From: an uncultured Gammaproteobacteria bacterium
GTDB taxonomy: Bacteria > Patescibacteriota > Microgenomatia > UBA10105 > UBA927
DNA length: 62,853 nt
Assembly (NCBI GenBank): GCA_964515515.1
Contig: CAZERT010000001.1
Coordinates: 1 to 62,853, forward strand
Direction of reading: 5' to 3'
The position numbers and the translations under genes are program-made. The first letter of the stretch is position 1. Each line of letters opens with the position of its first letter. Below, piece by piece: positions 9,138 through 18,283 of the stretch. Below the pieces are notes generated by a model, which searched no databases, was not told the DNA's origin, and saw nothing but the letters and a program-made list of their open reading frames with translations.

Positions 9138-10625
9138 ATGGATACTTCTGCCTTTATACCGGAAATTGTTGATCACGGAACAAAACCGCTGTACAAGTTT
9201 TATTCAGGTTCCTCATGGGATGAATCCGCAAACGGTGAAGTCATTGAGATTTATACCCCAGCGACTCGGGAAATCTTGGGGTATGCGCCGGCAGTTACCC
9301 GGGAACAGATAGACCGCGTGTTGGAAATCCAACGGAAAAAACAACCATCATGGGAAGAAACACCGTTATCCAAACGGATTGACATACTCAAAAAAAGCGC
9401 AATGCTTCTTCGGTCATATGAGGGATTTTTTACGTCCCTACTTATTGATGAAATCGGAAAAACCAAAGCGGAAGCAAAAAGCGAAGTGCTTCGGAGTGCA
9501 GATCTTATTGAGTATTATACGCAGGAGGTGGTCGGACTGGTTGGGGAATACCGTGACAGCGATGCATTCCCGGGATTTCCCAAAGGCCGTCTTGCATGTA
9601 TCGAACGGGTGGCACACGGGGTTGTGTTATCCATTGCGCCATTTAATTATCCCATTAATCTGGCTGTTTCAAAGATTGCCCCGGCGCTTTTAATGGGCAA
9701 TGCCGTGATCTGCAAACCGCCAACACAGGGATCCCTTGTGGGTCTTGCCATGACGAAGGTGTTTGTGGAGGCGGGTGTTCCGGAGGGAATTATTGCTTGC
9801 GTAACGGGGAAGGGGTCCCAGATCGGTGATTATCTGGTGTCTCACAAGGATATTTCCATGATTGCCTTTACCGGAAGCAGTGAAACGGGTGCACATATTG
9901 CCAAAACTGCATCCATGATTCCGCTTTTGTTTGAATGTGGTGGAAATAATCCCGTCCTTGTGTGTGATGATGCAGAAATGGAAATAACGGCAAAAGAGAT
10001 TGTCAAGGGTGCATTCTCCTATTCTGGCCAGCGGTGCACAGGAATCAAATATGTCTTAACCTCAGAGGATGTGCTTGGAAAACTTATTCCTGCCGTTTCA
10101 CAGACCATGGATTCTATGGTTGCAATGGGGGATCCCCACGATGAGGCAACAAAATTGGTTGGACCACTTATTGATCCTTTGGTTGCGGATGATATCGGAC
10201 GGGCAATCACGGAAGCGGTAGCGGGTGGTGCCACGATTGTCCGTGGCGGGGAAGTGAGCGGCGCGTATGTTACCCCCACGCTTCTCTCCCATGTAAAGCC
10301 GGAAATGCGAGTTGTGGCGACGGAAATATTTGGCCCGGTTGTATCCTTTATTGGGGTTTCTTCCCCACAGGAGGCTATTTCCATCATGAACAATTCGCGC
10401 TACGGTTTGCAGGCTTCCATATTTACCAAAGACGAAGGCCGAGGGATGGCGCTGGCAAAAGCGATCCACACGGGAACCGTGCAAATAAACGGCTCTCCTC
10501 AGCGGGGTCCGGACCATTTTCCGTTTATGGGCATTAAACAATCAGGGCTTGGAGTCCAGGGTATCCGTTACAGTCTAGAAGCAATGGGACGTATCCGTTC
10601 AACAGTCATTAATTTTCCCGGTTAA
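9138..10625 (+). CDS. gapN: Non-phosphorylating NADP-dependent glyceraldehyde-3-phosphate dehydrogenase (aldehyde dehydrogenase family)
   Basis: It is collinear with GapN as I recall it: SPFNYPINLAVSKIAPAL, KPPTQGS, ECGGNNP, YSGQRCTGIK, YGLQASIFT, RGPDHFPFMG. Confidence 0.88.
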   Translation: MDTSAFIPEIVDHGTKPLYKFYSGSSWDESANGEVIEIYTPATREILGYAPAVTREQIDRVLEIQRKKQPSWEETPLSKRIDILKKSAMLLRSYEGFFTSLLIDEIGKTKAEAKSEVLRSADLIEYYTQEVVGLVGEYRDSDAFPGFPKGRLACIERVAHGVVLSIAPFNYPINLAVSKIAPALLMGNAVICKPPTQGSLVGLAMTKVFVEAGVPEGIIACVTGKGSQIGDYLVSHKDISMIAFTGSSETGAHIAKTASMIPLLFECGGNNPVLVCDDAEMEITAKEIVKGAFSYSGQRCTGIKYVLTSEDVLGKLIPAVSQTMDSMVAMGDPHDEATKLVGPLIDPLVADDIGRAITEAVAGGATIVRGGEVSGAYVTPTLLSHVKPEMRVVATEIFGPVVSFIGVSSPQEAISIMNNSRYGLQASIFTKDEGRGMALAKAIHTGTVQINGSPQRGPDHFPFMGIKQSGLGVQGIRYSLEAMGRIRSTVINFPG

Positions 10626-11209
10626 CCGGTGCGCGTTAAGTGGTATTTGCGTACGAACCGGATCTGTTCAACCGTGTAGCCAAGATTTCCCAGAAATTCC
10701 TGAATATCCCGTTTTGAGGATCCATCCGCCTCCATTTTTGCGGTAATTGCCATGATCATCTCCGTTGGTTCGTAGGGAAACAGAATCCATTTTTTAGTTT
10801 CTTCCGCATAATAATCCGGGCGATACACGGAATGTGGTTTGTAAAACATCGTAACCGTGGTTATCTCCGACGGCCCAAATCGTTTCACGTAGGAAATTGC
10901 ACGTTTGAGGGTTTTTCCGGAATCGGAGACGTCATCGACGATCACCACGCTTTTTCCCCGTATTCTGGTTTTAAGGGGTTCAACGATTTTTATTTCTCCC
11001 TGATTTTGGATATCCGTATAGCTTTGGATGGTAAATGTAGCAATCGGGATCCGTAAAAAATCGGAGAGAAGGTGCCCAAGCGTGAGTCCTCCACGGGAGA
11101 TAGCAACAATCCGGTCAATATGGGGAGTATGGGAGAGGATTGATGCTGCAAGTTTTCGGGATAAATCGTGATATGTATCCCATGTGATAGGAAGATAGTG
11201 TGTTTCCAT
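10622..11209 (-). CDS. Type I phosphoribosyltransferase (purine PRT-like)
   Basis: The PRPP loop is SVVIVDDVSDSGKTL, together with AISRGGL. Confidence 0.8.
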   Translation of the reverse strand: METHYLPITWDTYHDLSRKLAASILSHTPHIDRIVAISRGGLTLGHLLSDFLRIPIATFTIQSYTDIQNQGEIKIVEPLKTRIRGKSVVIVDDVSDSGKTLKRAISYVKRFGPSEITTVTMFYKPHSVYRPDYYAEETKKWILFPYEPTEMIMAITAKMEADGSSKRDIQEFLGNLGYTVEQIRFVRKYHLTRTG

Positions 11210-11305
11210 ACTTTAGTATGGGGCATATGGCTGCGCTTGTCAACGGGTTTCATTAAAAAAATGTCGGCAATTGCCGATACAAAAAACCCGCCGTATAATA
11301 CGTCC

Positions 11306-11923
11306 ATGGAACAGAATACATACCCAACTCATCTAAAATATTCATCGATTGCCATTTCCGGTAGACCTGGAGCCGGACGGTCCACACTTTTGAAGAATTT
11401 ACAACCAATTGTGAGTGTGATGGGTTGGGAAACTTTTTCCGGTGGCGATTGGGCTAGACAGTTTGCTATTGAAAGCGGGAAACATAAGGTAGGTGATCCA
11501 ACCCATCATAAAGCAACGGATTATGGAGAAGATGTTGATCATCAGATTGATCTGGCACTTCGAAAAAAACTTTCCGATCCCAATACTCATGTTGCGGTTG
11601 AATCATGGATTGCGGGATGGAATATGCGGGGGTTAAAACATGTCATGAAAGTGTTATTGATGTGTGATGATTCCCTTCGGGTAGACCGTGTGGTAAACCG
11701 TGATAATTTAACGGTAGAAGAGGCAAAAACACACCTACGGGAGAGGGAAGAGGCAAATTTGGGGAAATGGAGCCATATGTATACTGTCCCTAAAGAAGAT
11801 TTTTGGGATCCGCGTCACTACGATCTTATTATCAATACCTATTCCCACGGTCCAAAGGAAACACTTGATCTTGTGCTTCAGGCGCTTGGATATTTTTCTG
11901 TCAATGGCCAACCGAAGGAGTAA
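11306..11923 (+). CDS. Cytidylate-kinase-like P-loop NMP kinase
   Basis: The P-loop is ISGRPGAGRST. The start is ambiguous, at the ATG at 11261 or the one at 11306. Confidence 0.65.
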   Translation: MEQNTYPTHLKYSSIAISGRPGAGRSTLLKNLQPIVSVMGWETFSGGDWARQFAIESGKHKVGDPTHHKATDYGEDVDHQIDLALRKKLSDPNTHVAVESWIAGWNMRGLKHVMKVLLMCDDSLRVDRVVNRDNLTVEEAKTHLREREEANLGKWSHMYTVPKEDFWDPRHYDLIINTYSHGPKETLDLVLQALGYFSVNGQPKE

Positions 11924-11930
11924 ATGGTGC

Positions 11931-12515
11931 ATGATACCGACTCCAACGCAGTGTTTTTCCCTGTGGGATACATATCATCTTTCGGATGATAAACGGACAC
12001 ATATCCGTGCCGTTTGGGAAGTCGTTCTGGTCATGGAGGAAGCAGCGGGAAAACAACACATCGATGTTGACTGTGCGCTTTTGGACGGAGCAACGCTTCT
12101 CCATGATATCGATAAAAACGTTCCCAAATTAGAAGGGGAAGAGCACCCCGATGCATGTATTCGGATTATGAAACATCACGGATATGATGAACTCATTCCT
12201 TTAATTCGATCCCATCCGCTTCATGCAATTTTGGATCCGGTTCTTGCCCCAAAGACAATAGAGGAAACAATGCTCTATGTTGCCGATAAGATGACCAAAT
12301 ACCGCCCTATTGGTCTTGAAGAGCGGTTTGCGCTGTGGAAAAAAGAACAGATGACGCAGATACAACAGGAAATGTTAAATCGTTCGTACGAACCTGCAAA
12401 ACGCCTAGCTTCCGGTTTGTGGTATACCATCGCAGTTTCGGAATCCGAAGTGATGAGCGTAAGTTCCAGGCGGTTGGAAGAACATTGGAAACTCCTGTCT
12501 TGTGGTATACTTTGA
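11931..12515 (+). CDS. HD-domain phosphohydrolase
   Basis: H...HDIDK motif (ATLLHDIDK). The start was trimmed to MIPTPTQ, 8 nt after the upstream stop. Confidence 0.7.
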   Translation: MIPTPTQCFSLWDTYHLSDDKRTHIRAVWEVVLVMEEAAGKQHIDVDCALLDGATLLHDIDKNVPKLEGEEHPDACIRIMKHHGYDELIPLIRSHPLHAILDPVLAPKTIEETMLYVADKMTKYRPIGLEERFALWKKEQMTQIQQEMLNRSYEPAKRLASGLWYTIAVSESEVMSVSSRRLEEHWKLLSCGIL

Positions 12516-12570
12516 AGTGAAGAGTGTACATTTATAGGATAAGGTACGTGTTTGTGTGAAAGGAAATACT

Positions 12571-13152
12571 ATGAAACGGTTATTTTTATATTTTGTGTTC
12601 ATTCTTTTTGGGATAGCGCTTATCCATCCGATATCGGTTTCTGCACAGAGCGCTTCTGATATGGTGCAGACGGAAACAATGATGATTGAGCAAGATGCGT
12701 ATGAGTCCCAGCAAGCTCCTTTACCTACACCGTCCAATTATGCACTGCCGTATCCCGGAATGCTTCCTGATCACCCTCTTTTTTTCCTGAAACAAATCCG
12801 CGATAGAGTCATGGAACTGTTGATTTCCGATCCGATAAAAAAGGCGGAATTCTATCTTTTACAAGCGGATAAACGGTTATCTATGGCGCTTATGTATGAT
12901 GAAGGGAAAAAGAAAGATTCAGTTCTTTTCATGATCGCGGAAGACATACAATACTATATGAAGCTTTCAGACATCCTAAAAGGACAAACAACTCCGGTTC
13001 CCGGACATGTGGTTTCCAAAATCCGTTCATCTTTGGATAAGCACATTGAAGTCATTACCGGATTTGCAAATGGAGCAACAGGACAAGATGCTGATAGGTT
13101 TGGATCGTTTGTAAAGCAATTTTCAACAATTAGATCCAGCATCATCAGGTAA
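12571..13152 (+). CDS. Secreted hypothetical protein (signal peptide; DUF5667-like helical domain)
   Basis: MKRLFLYFVFILFGIALIHPISVSAQ is a signal peptide, followed by YALPYPGMLPDHPLFFLKQIRD. The ATG at 12571 is preferred over the track's GTG at 12556. Confidence 0.6.
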   Translation: MKRLFLYFVFILFGIALIHPISVSAQSASDMVQTETMMIEQDAYESQQAPLPTPSNYALPYPGMLPDHPLFFLKQIRDRVMELLISDPIKKAEFYLLQADKRLSMALMYDEGKKKDSVLFMIAEDIQYYMKLSDILKGQTTPVPGHVVSKIRSSLDKHIEVITGFANGATGQDADRFGSFVKQFSTIRSSIIR

Positions 13153-13326
13153 AACGGGTATCTGGGAGGAAGAATCGAAAACAATTCGTGATCAGCTGTA
13201 TGCAGGAGTACTGCAGGAAAACTATACAGGACTGAATAAATTCTTATATTCCCGTACTTTTTCCTCATTTTTCACCATAGTCATGGAAAGACAGGGTTGT
13301 TCCATGTTTGATACAGTCTTTACCAG

Positions 13327-13356
13327 TTGACTCCCCTTTATTTAGTGTCATAAACT
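13327..13356 (+). promoter_or_regulatory. Candidate sigma70-type promoter of nrdR-nrdJ
   Basis: TTGACT (13327-13332), a 17-18 nt spacer, then aTAAACT (13350-13356). Confidence 0.4.
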
Positions 13357-13380
13357 CTCATCGTGCACAAGGGATAGTGT
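13333..13380 (+). promoter_or_regulatory. Two candidate NrdR boxes, 32 bp apart
   Basis: ccccTTTATTTAGTGT (13333-48) and gCACAAgggATAGTGT (13365-80). Each matches about three quarters of the 16-bp palindrome acaCwAtATaTwGtgt as I recall it. Confidence 0.45.
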
Positions 13381-13394
13381 TTTTTGTTTCACGC

Positions 13395-13841
13395 ATGAAA
13401 TGTCCATATTGCAATCATAAAGACTCAGATGTTCTGGAAACCAGGGACAATGATGATTTGTCCGTGACTAGACGGAGACGAGTGTGTCCGAAGTGCGAAA
13501 AGCGGTTTACCACCTATGAACGTATCGAAACGGTACCTCTTTTTGTCATTAAACGAGACGGTAAACGGGAAACGTTTGATCGTGAGAAGTTAAAAATGGG
13601 CATTTTTCGCGCAAGCGGAAAAACGACGCTTAAACCCGATGACGTGTCACAAATTGTCGATGAGGTTGAGCGGGAGCTTATTGGCTCCGCAGATACGGAG
13701 TTCACCAGTAAAAAGATCGGCGAGTTAGTGGCAAAACGCTTAAAGAAGCTGGATAAGATTGCCTATATCCGGTTTGCAAGCGTATTCCGCAGGTTTGTCG
13801 ATATTGATGATCTCGAAAAGGAAGTACAGAAATTGTTGTAA
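13395..13841 (+). CDS. nrdR: Transcriptional repressor NrdR
   Basis: MKCPYCNHKDSDVLETR...RRRRVCPKCEKRFTTYE is a zinc ribbon, followed by an ATP-cone. Confidence 0.92.
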   Translation: MKCPYCNHKDSDVLETRDNDDLSVTRRRRVCPKCEKRFTTYERIETVPLFVIKRDGKRETFDREKLKMGIFRASGKTTLKPDDVSQIVDEVERELIGSADTEFTSKKIGELVAKRLKKLDKIAYIRFASVFRRFVDIDDLEKEVQKLL

Positions 13842-13859
13842 TGCCCATAAAGGAGGCGT

Positions 13860-16298
13860 ATGGAATTAACCGGCATCCGAAACACCGTTTTTCTTGACCG
13901 TTATGCCCTAAAAGATGAAACGGGAAAGCCTATAGAAGCAAAGCCTGAAGAGATGTGGAGAAGGGTGGCGCATGCGGTTGCCGTCATGGAGAAAAAAAAC
14001 GAACGCGGTATATGGGAGGAAAAATTTTATAACGCCATGCAGGATTTTGTGTTTGTTCCTGGTGGACGGATTTTGTCCGGAGCAGGAACTGGCTATAAGG
14101 TAACATTCTATAACTGTTTTGTGATCCCAAGCCCCAAGGATTCTCGGGGTGGCATTCTTCAGACGCTCTCCAACATGGTAGAAATTATGGCGCGAGGTGG
14201 TGGAGTTGGCATTAATCTTTCTAGCCTTCGTCCACGCGGATCCCGGGTAAAAAAAGTCAACGGATTTTCATCAGGCCCTATCAACTGGGCTGAGTTATTT
14301 TCCGTTGCTACAAAAGATATTATTCAACAGGGCGGAACCCGGAGAGGCGCCCTTATGCTTATGCTTTGGGACTGGCATCCGGACATTGAGGAGTTTATTA
14401 CCGTCAAACAGGACCTGACGAAAATTAACGGAGCCAACCTTTCCGTATGTGTATCGGATGCGTTCATGGATGCGGTAAAGCATGATCGCGATTGGGATTT
14501 GGTCTTCCCCGATGTGACGGATCCCGATTATGATACGAAGTGGGATGGCTATCTTCCGAATTGGATCGCTCTTGGCAAGAAACCAAAAGTCGTCCGGACC
14601 ATCAAAGCACGGGAGCTGTGGGATTTAATCGCCAAGGCCGCGTGGAACTCGGCGGAACCCGGTGTTGTTTTCATGGAGCGGTACAACAAACAGTTTAACA
14701 ATTATTATTTTGAATTCGTCAACTGCGTCAACCCTTGTGGAGAAGAAGGGTTGCCATACTGGGGCGTGTGCAATCTGTGTTCTATCAATCTTTCCGCACT
14801 TGTATCGTCTGACGGTCAAATGGATTATGACCGGTTGGCACAGATCGCAAAAATTGGCGTTCGGTTCCAGGACAATGTCGTGGATGCGGATGTCTATATT
14901 TTTGATGAAATCAAAAAACGACAACTGGAAGGGGAACGCCGCATCGGACTTGGAACAATGGGGCTTGGGGATGCGCTCATTAAAATGAAAGTACGGTACG
15001 GTTCACCCGAATCGCTTCCGATTATCGATAAAATCTATAAAACAATCCGTGATGCGGCATACGATGCATCCGCCGATATTGCCAAGGAAAAGGGGACATT
15101 CCCGAAAATCGACAAGAAGAAGCATTTAGCAGGCTACTTTGTTTCACAGCTTCCAGATTCGGTGAAAAATAAGATTAAAAAATTCGGAATCCGAAATTCA
15201 TTACTCTTGCAACAGGCACCGACAGGGTCAACATCACTTTTATCAGGTGTCTCAAGCGGGATAGAGCCGATTTATGAATTTGAATTTATCCGCCGGGATC
15301 GGCTTGGCGAGCATATTATCCGCCATCCGCTCTACGAACAGTGGTACGAGGAATTTAAAGCCCGGGAAGGCCGTGAACCAACCAAAGCGGACCGTCCGCA
15401 TTGGTTTGTGTCTGCAAACGACCTCTCTCCTGAGGATCACGTCAATGTGCAAGCAACAATCCAAAAATATGTCGATGCCTCCATTTCCAAAACCGTTAAT
15501 GCTCCCTCAACCCATACGGTTGAAGACGTGAAACGGCTCTACACTATGGCCTATGAACTGGGGTGTAAGGGAATTGCATATATGCGGGAAGGGAGTCGGC
15601 AGGGAGTATTGACCCGGACCGATGCGGAAAAGAAAAAGGAAGAGGAAAAACCGGTTGCTGTTGTGCAGGCGGCTCCGGAAGTAAAACCCCGACCGCAGGT
15701 GGTAAACGGTTCGACGTATCGAGTAGAAACCCCGGTGGGTCAGGCGTATGTAACGGTTAATACCAATGGCGGCAATCAACCGATTGAAATGTTTATTAAT
15801 GTCGGTAAAGCCGGATCAGACGTAACCGCAATGGCGGAAGCGATGGGAAGGCTTATTTCCCTTATGCTTCGCATGGCATCACCCATTCCGGCGATGGAAC
15901 GGGCACGGCGAATAGCTGCTGAACTTGTGGGTATCGGCGGTGCACGAAGTTTGGGATTTGGCGAAAACAGGGTCCGGAGTTTGCCGGATGCAGTGGCGAA
16001 GGTGATTGATCGGCATTTTGGATTTTTTGCAAAACACCGCCTTGATCAGGCAGTTACCCAGCCTGACAGCATCAAACAGGCAGAAGGTGGGGAGCAGGAG
16101 GTAAAACAAAGCGAGCAGGATGTGCATGAATTGCTCCGGAAAATTGAAGCGTCAGCCCAATCCCACGTTCCGGCCGAAAAAACGGAAAGTGAACACCGGA
16201 TGGTTACGGTGGATATCTGCCCGAAGTGTGGGGAAGGATCACTTGTGTTTGAGGAGTCCTGTAAGAAATGTTATAGCTGCGGATACTCGGAGTGTTAA
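13860..16298 (+). CDS. nrdJ: Class II (adenosylcobalamin-dependent) ribonucleotide reductase
   Basis: Typical NrdJ blocks: FLDRYALKD, NCFV, GGGVGINLS, NPCGEE, APTGS, SKTVN. The C-terminus is a Cys4 zinc ribbon (CPKCG...CKKCYSCG). Confidence 0.9.
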   Translation: MELTGIRNTVFLDRYALKDETGKPIEAKPEEMWRRVAHAVAVMEKKNERGIWEEKFYNAMQDFVFVPGGRILSGAGTGYKVTFYNCFVIPSPKDSRGGILQTLSNMVEIMARGGGVGINLSSLRPRGSRVKKVNGFSSGPINWAELFSVATKDIIQQGGTRRGALMLMLWDWHPDIEEFITVKQDLTKINGANLSVCVSDAFMDAVKHDRDWDLVFPDVTDPDYDTKWDGYLPNWIALGKKPKVVRTIKARELWDLIAKAAWNSAEPGVVFMERYNKQFNNYYFEFVNCVNPCGEEGLPYWGVCNLCSINLSALVSSDGQMDYDRLAQIAKIGVRFQDNVVDADVYIFDEIKKRQLEGERRIGLGTMGLGDALIKMKVRYGSPESLPIIDKIYKTIRDAAYDASADIAKEKGTFPKIDKKKHLAGYFVSQLPDSVKNKIKKFGIRNSLLLQQAPTGSTSLLSGVSSGIEPIYEFEFIRRDRLGEHIIRHPLYEQWYEEFKAREGREPTKADRPHWFVSANDLSPEDHVNVQATIQKYVDASISKTVNAPSTHTVEDVKRLYTMAYELGCKGIAYMREGSRQGVLTRTDAEKKKEEEKPVAVVQAAPEVKPRPQVVNGSTYRVETPVGQAYVTVNTNGGNQPIEMFINVGKAGSDVTAMAEAMGRLISLMLRMASPIPAMERARRIAAELVGIGGARSLGFGENRVRSLPDAVAKVIDRHFGFFAKHRLDQAVTQPDSIKQAEGGEQEVKQSEQDVHELLRKIEASAQSHVPAEKTESEHRMVTVDICPKCGEGSLVFEESCKKCYSCGYSEC

Positions 16299-16380
16299 TC
16301 CTATGATTTTGTTGCTTTGTACGCTTACTGCCGCAGCAATGGCATATTTTGTATTGGAAATTCAATAAACCTATAGATAT

Positions 16381-16812
16381 ATGGATGCTGTAGACGTTCT
16401 TCCTGCTGATAAAGATGAGTTGAAGGAATTTTCTATCCGCGAATGGCATGACGTGGATATGGAACATTACGGAAGGACCGTGGAATGGAATTTGAAGGAA
16501 TTTGTATTCAAAGCAACGGAAAACGGAATTGTCGTTGGGATGATTAGCGGTAAACATGAATCAGGAGTGCTTTATATTGAGGATATTATTGTCGGGAAAG
16601 AGAAAAGACACACAGGCATCGGAAAAGCCCTGATGAAGGCTGCACAGGAGTTTGGAAAATCACAGGGAGCGCACAAAACATATCTTTTAACCGGTAAAAC
16701 CTGGGGAGCAGCGAAATTTTATGAATCCTTAGGATATGAAAAGTGCGGTGATCTTCCCGATCATCATTTCCATACCGACTTCGTGGCATATTCAAAAAAA
16801 CTATCTTCCTAA
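16381..16812 (+). CDS. GNAT family N-acetyltransferase
   Basis: The acetyl-CoA motif is VGKEKRHTGIGKALM. Confidence 0.8.
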   Translation: MDAVDVLPADKDELKEFSIREWHDVDMEHYGRTVEWNLKEFVFKATENGIVVGMISGKHESGVLYIEDIIVGKEKRHTGIGKALMKAAQEFGKSQGAHKTYLLTGKTWGAAKFYESLGYEKCGDLPDHHFHTDFVAYSKKLSS

Positions 16813-16842
16813 TATTTTTTTATTGTGTACGATATACTTTGT

Positions 16843-17121
16843 ATGATGAATGTCCATGAGTTATCCGATGCCGTTGAAAAAATCCAAAAAAGAAACATGA
16901 GTGTGGAAGCGGATAAGGCTTGGGAAACAAGCGGCATAAGAAAAGCAATTATTGCGTTTGGCACGTATATACTCCTTGGCACATATATGACCTCCATTGG
17001 TGTCGCGGATCCGTGGAGAAATGCCCTTATTCCCACGCTCGGATTTCTTTTTTCTACGCTTACGCTTTCCTGGATAAAACATATATGGGTAAAGAGGTAT
17101 TATAAAAAAGGAAAACAATAA
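16843..17121 (+). CDS. Small membrane protein, hypothetical
   Basis: It has two predicted TM helices and sits 4 nt before pduO. No family was recognised. Confidence 0.5.
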   Translation: MMNVHELSDAVEKIQKRNMSVEADKAWETSGIRKAIIAFGTYILLGTYMTSIGVADPWRNALIPTLGFLFSTLTLSWIKHIWVKRYYKKGKQ

Positions 17122-17125
17122 CGAT

Positions 17126-17698
17126 ATGCCCATTTATACCAAAACAGGAGATGATGGAACGACCGCCGTATTTGGCGGAAAACGGGTGAGCAAGTCGGAC
17201 GCCGCGATAGAACTTGCCGGAACGCTTGATGAGGCAAATGCCCATCTTGGGCTTGTTGTTTCTTGTCTTATGGGACTTGCGGATCAGGATTTTGTGTCCG
17301 ATCTTCAATCGGATCTTTTTTCCATCGGTTCCATGGTTTCCGGGGCAAAGGTAGATATATCAATGCTTGAAATCCACACGAAGATGCTTGAACAGGCAAT
17401 GGACAGAATGGGAACTGTTTTGCCGGAACTGACAAACTTTATTCTCCCCGGACCAACGCAGGAGGTTTCCCAGATTCATATTGCCCGGACTGTAGTGCGC
17501 AAAGCCGAAAGAAGGATGGTTTCATATCTTGCCACAAGCGGGCAGCACAATACCTCTCTACGGTCACATGGGAAAATCCTTCTTTCATTTTTAAACCGTC
17601 TATCCGACTATCTGTTTGTATTGGGCCGGATTATGTCGGTAAAACAGGGGAAAGCGGAAACCATCTGGAAAGGAAAACATCTCAAAGAAACATCATGA
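17126..17698 (+). CDS. pduO: ATP:cob(I)alamin adenosyltransferase, PduO type
   Basis: The N-terminal signature is MPIYTKTGDDGTTAVFGGKRVSKSD. Confidence 0.88.
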   Translation: MPIYTKTGDDGTTAVFGGKRVSKSDAAIELAGTLDEANAHLGLVVSCLMGLADQDFVSDLQSDLFSIGSMVSGAKVDISMLEIHTKMLEQAMDRMGTVLPELTNFILPGPTQEVSQIHIARTVVRKAERRMVSYLATSGQHNTSLRSHGKILLSFLNRLSDYLFVLGRIMSVKQGKAETIWKGKHLKETS

Positions 17699-18054
17699 AA
17701 CATATGCCCATACGGAAGAACATACATACATGGAATGCCATTGTCGTCCTTTTCGGGATACTCCACAGTATTATTGCGTTGATCATCTATGAATTACTGT
17801 GGTTTCAACCATGCACTGATGGTTTGTTTCTTGGAACATGTGAAATGGGAAGACGAATGCTTGCATTGACTCTTCTTGCCGGATGGATAGTTTTTTCGGG
17901 AAGCTTTACGGCAATGATGTTTTATGGAAAGCACACATACGGAAAAAAAATTATTCCGGTTTCTTATCTTGGGGCATTGTGTATAACGGCCGGATCGGTG
18001 GTTACTTTTGTGTTAAGCGGGTTGATTGTATATGTTGCATCCCTGTTGCCGTAA
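17695..18054 (+). CDS. Membrane protein, hypothetical
   Basis: It has an ATGA overlap with pduO and 3-4 TM helices. Confidence 0.55.
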   Translation: MKHMPIRKNIHTWNAIVVLFGILHSIIALIIYELLWFQPCTDGLFLGTCEMGRRMLALTLLAGWIVFSGSFTAMMFYGKHTYGKKIIPVSYLGALCITAGSVVTFVLSGLIVYVASLLP

Positions 18055-18061
18055 TATTTTT

Positions 18062-18280
18062 TTATAATGGGTTCATGCAGGGGGCATTCTTCTCCACTTC
18101 ATCAACGGATTCCCGCGTTACGCCGTGGGCAAAGACGATCACGCCATCGCCGTTATAGCGGTGACACACTTCGTTCCCCTGTGTAAATGGGCATTCCAGT
18201 GGTTTACAGGTTTTTGCTATCCCAAAAACATTCACTGTTCCTTTCTCTCCAATTCCTTTTCCAAGTTCACAGCGAGGCAT
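18062..18280 (-). CDS. Small Cys-containing hypothetical protein
   Basis: 72 aa, starting 3 nt after the acyltransferase stop. No family was recognised. Confidence 0.4.
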   Translation of the reverse strand: MPRCELGKGIGEKGTVNVFGIAKTCKPLECPFTQGNEVCHRYNGDGVIVFAHGVTRESVDEVEKNAPCMNPL

Positions 18281-18283
18281 AGG

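Noticed and set aside
16303-16362. A 19-aa hydrophobic mini-ORF (MILLLCTLTAAAMAYFVLEIQ) just after nrdJ.
   Set aside because: It has no Shine-Dalgarno sequence, and it is the tail of a spurious alternative-frame ORF (16120-16368). It is too short to support.
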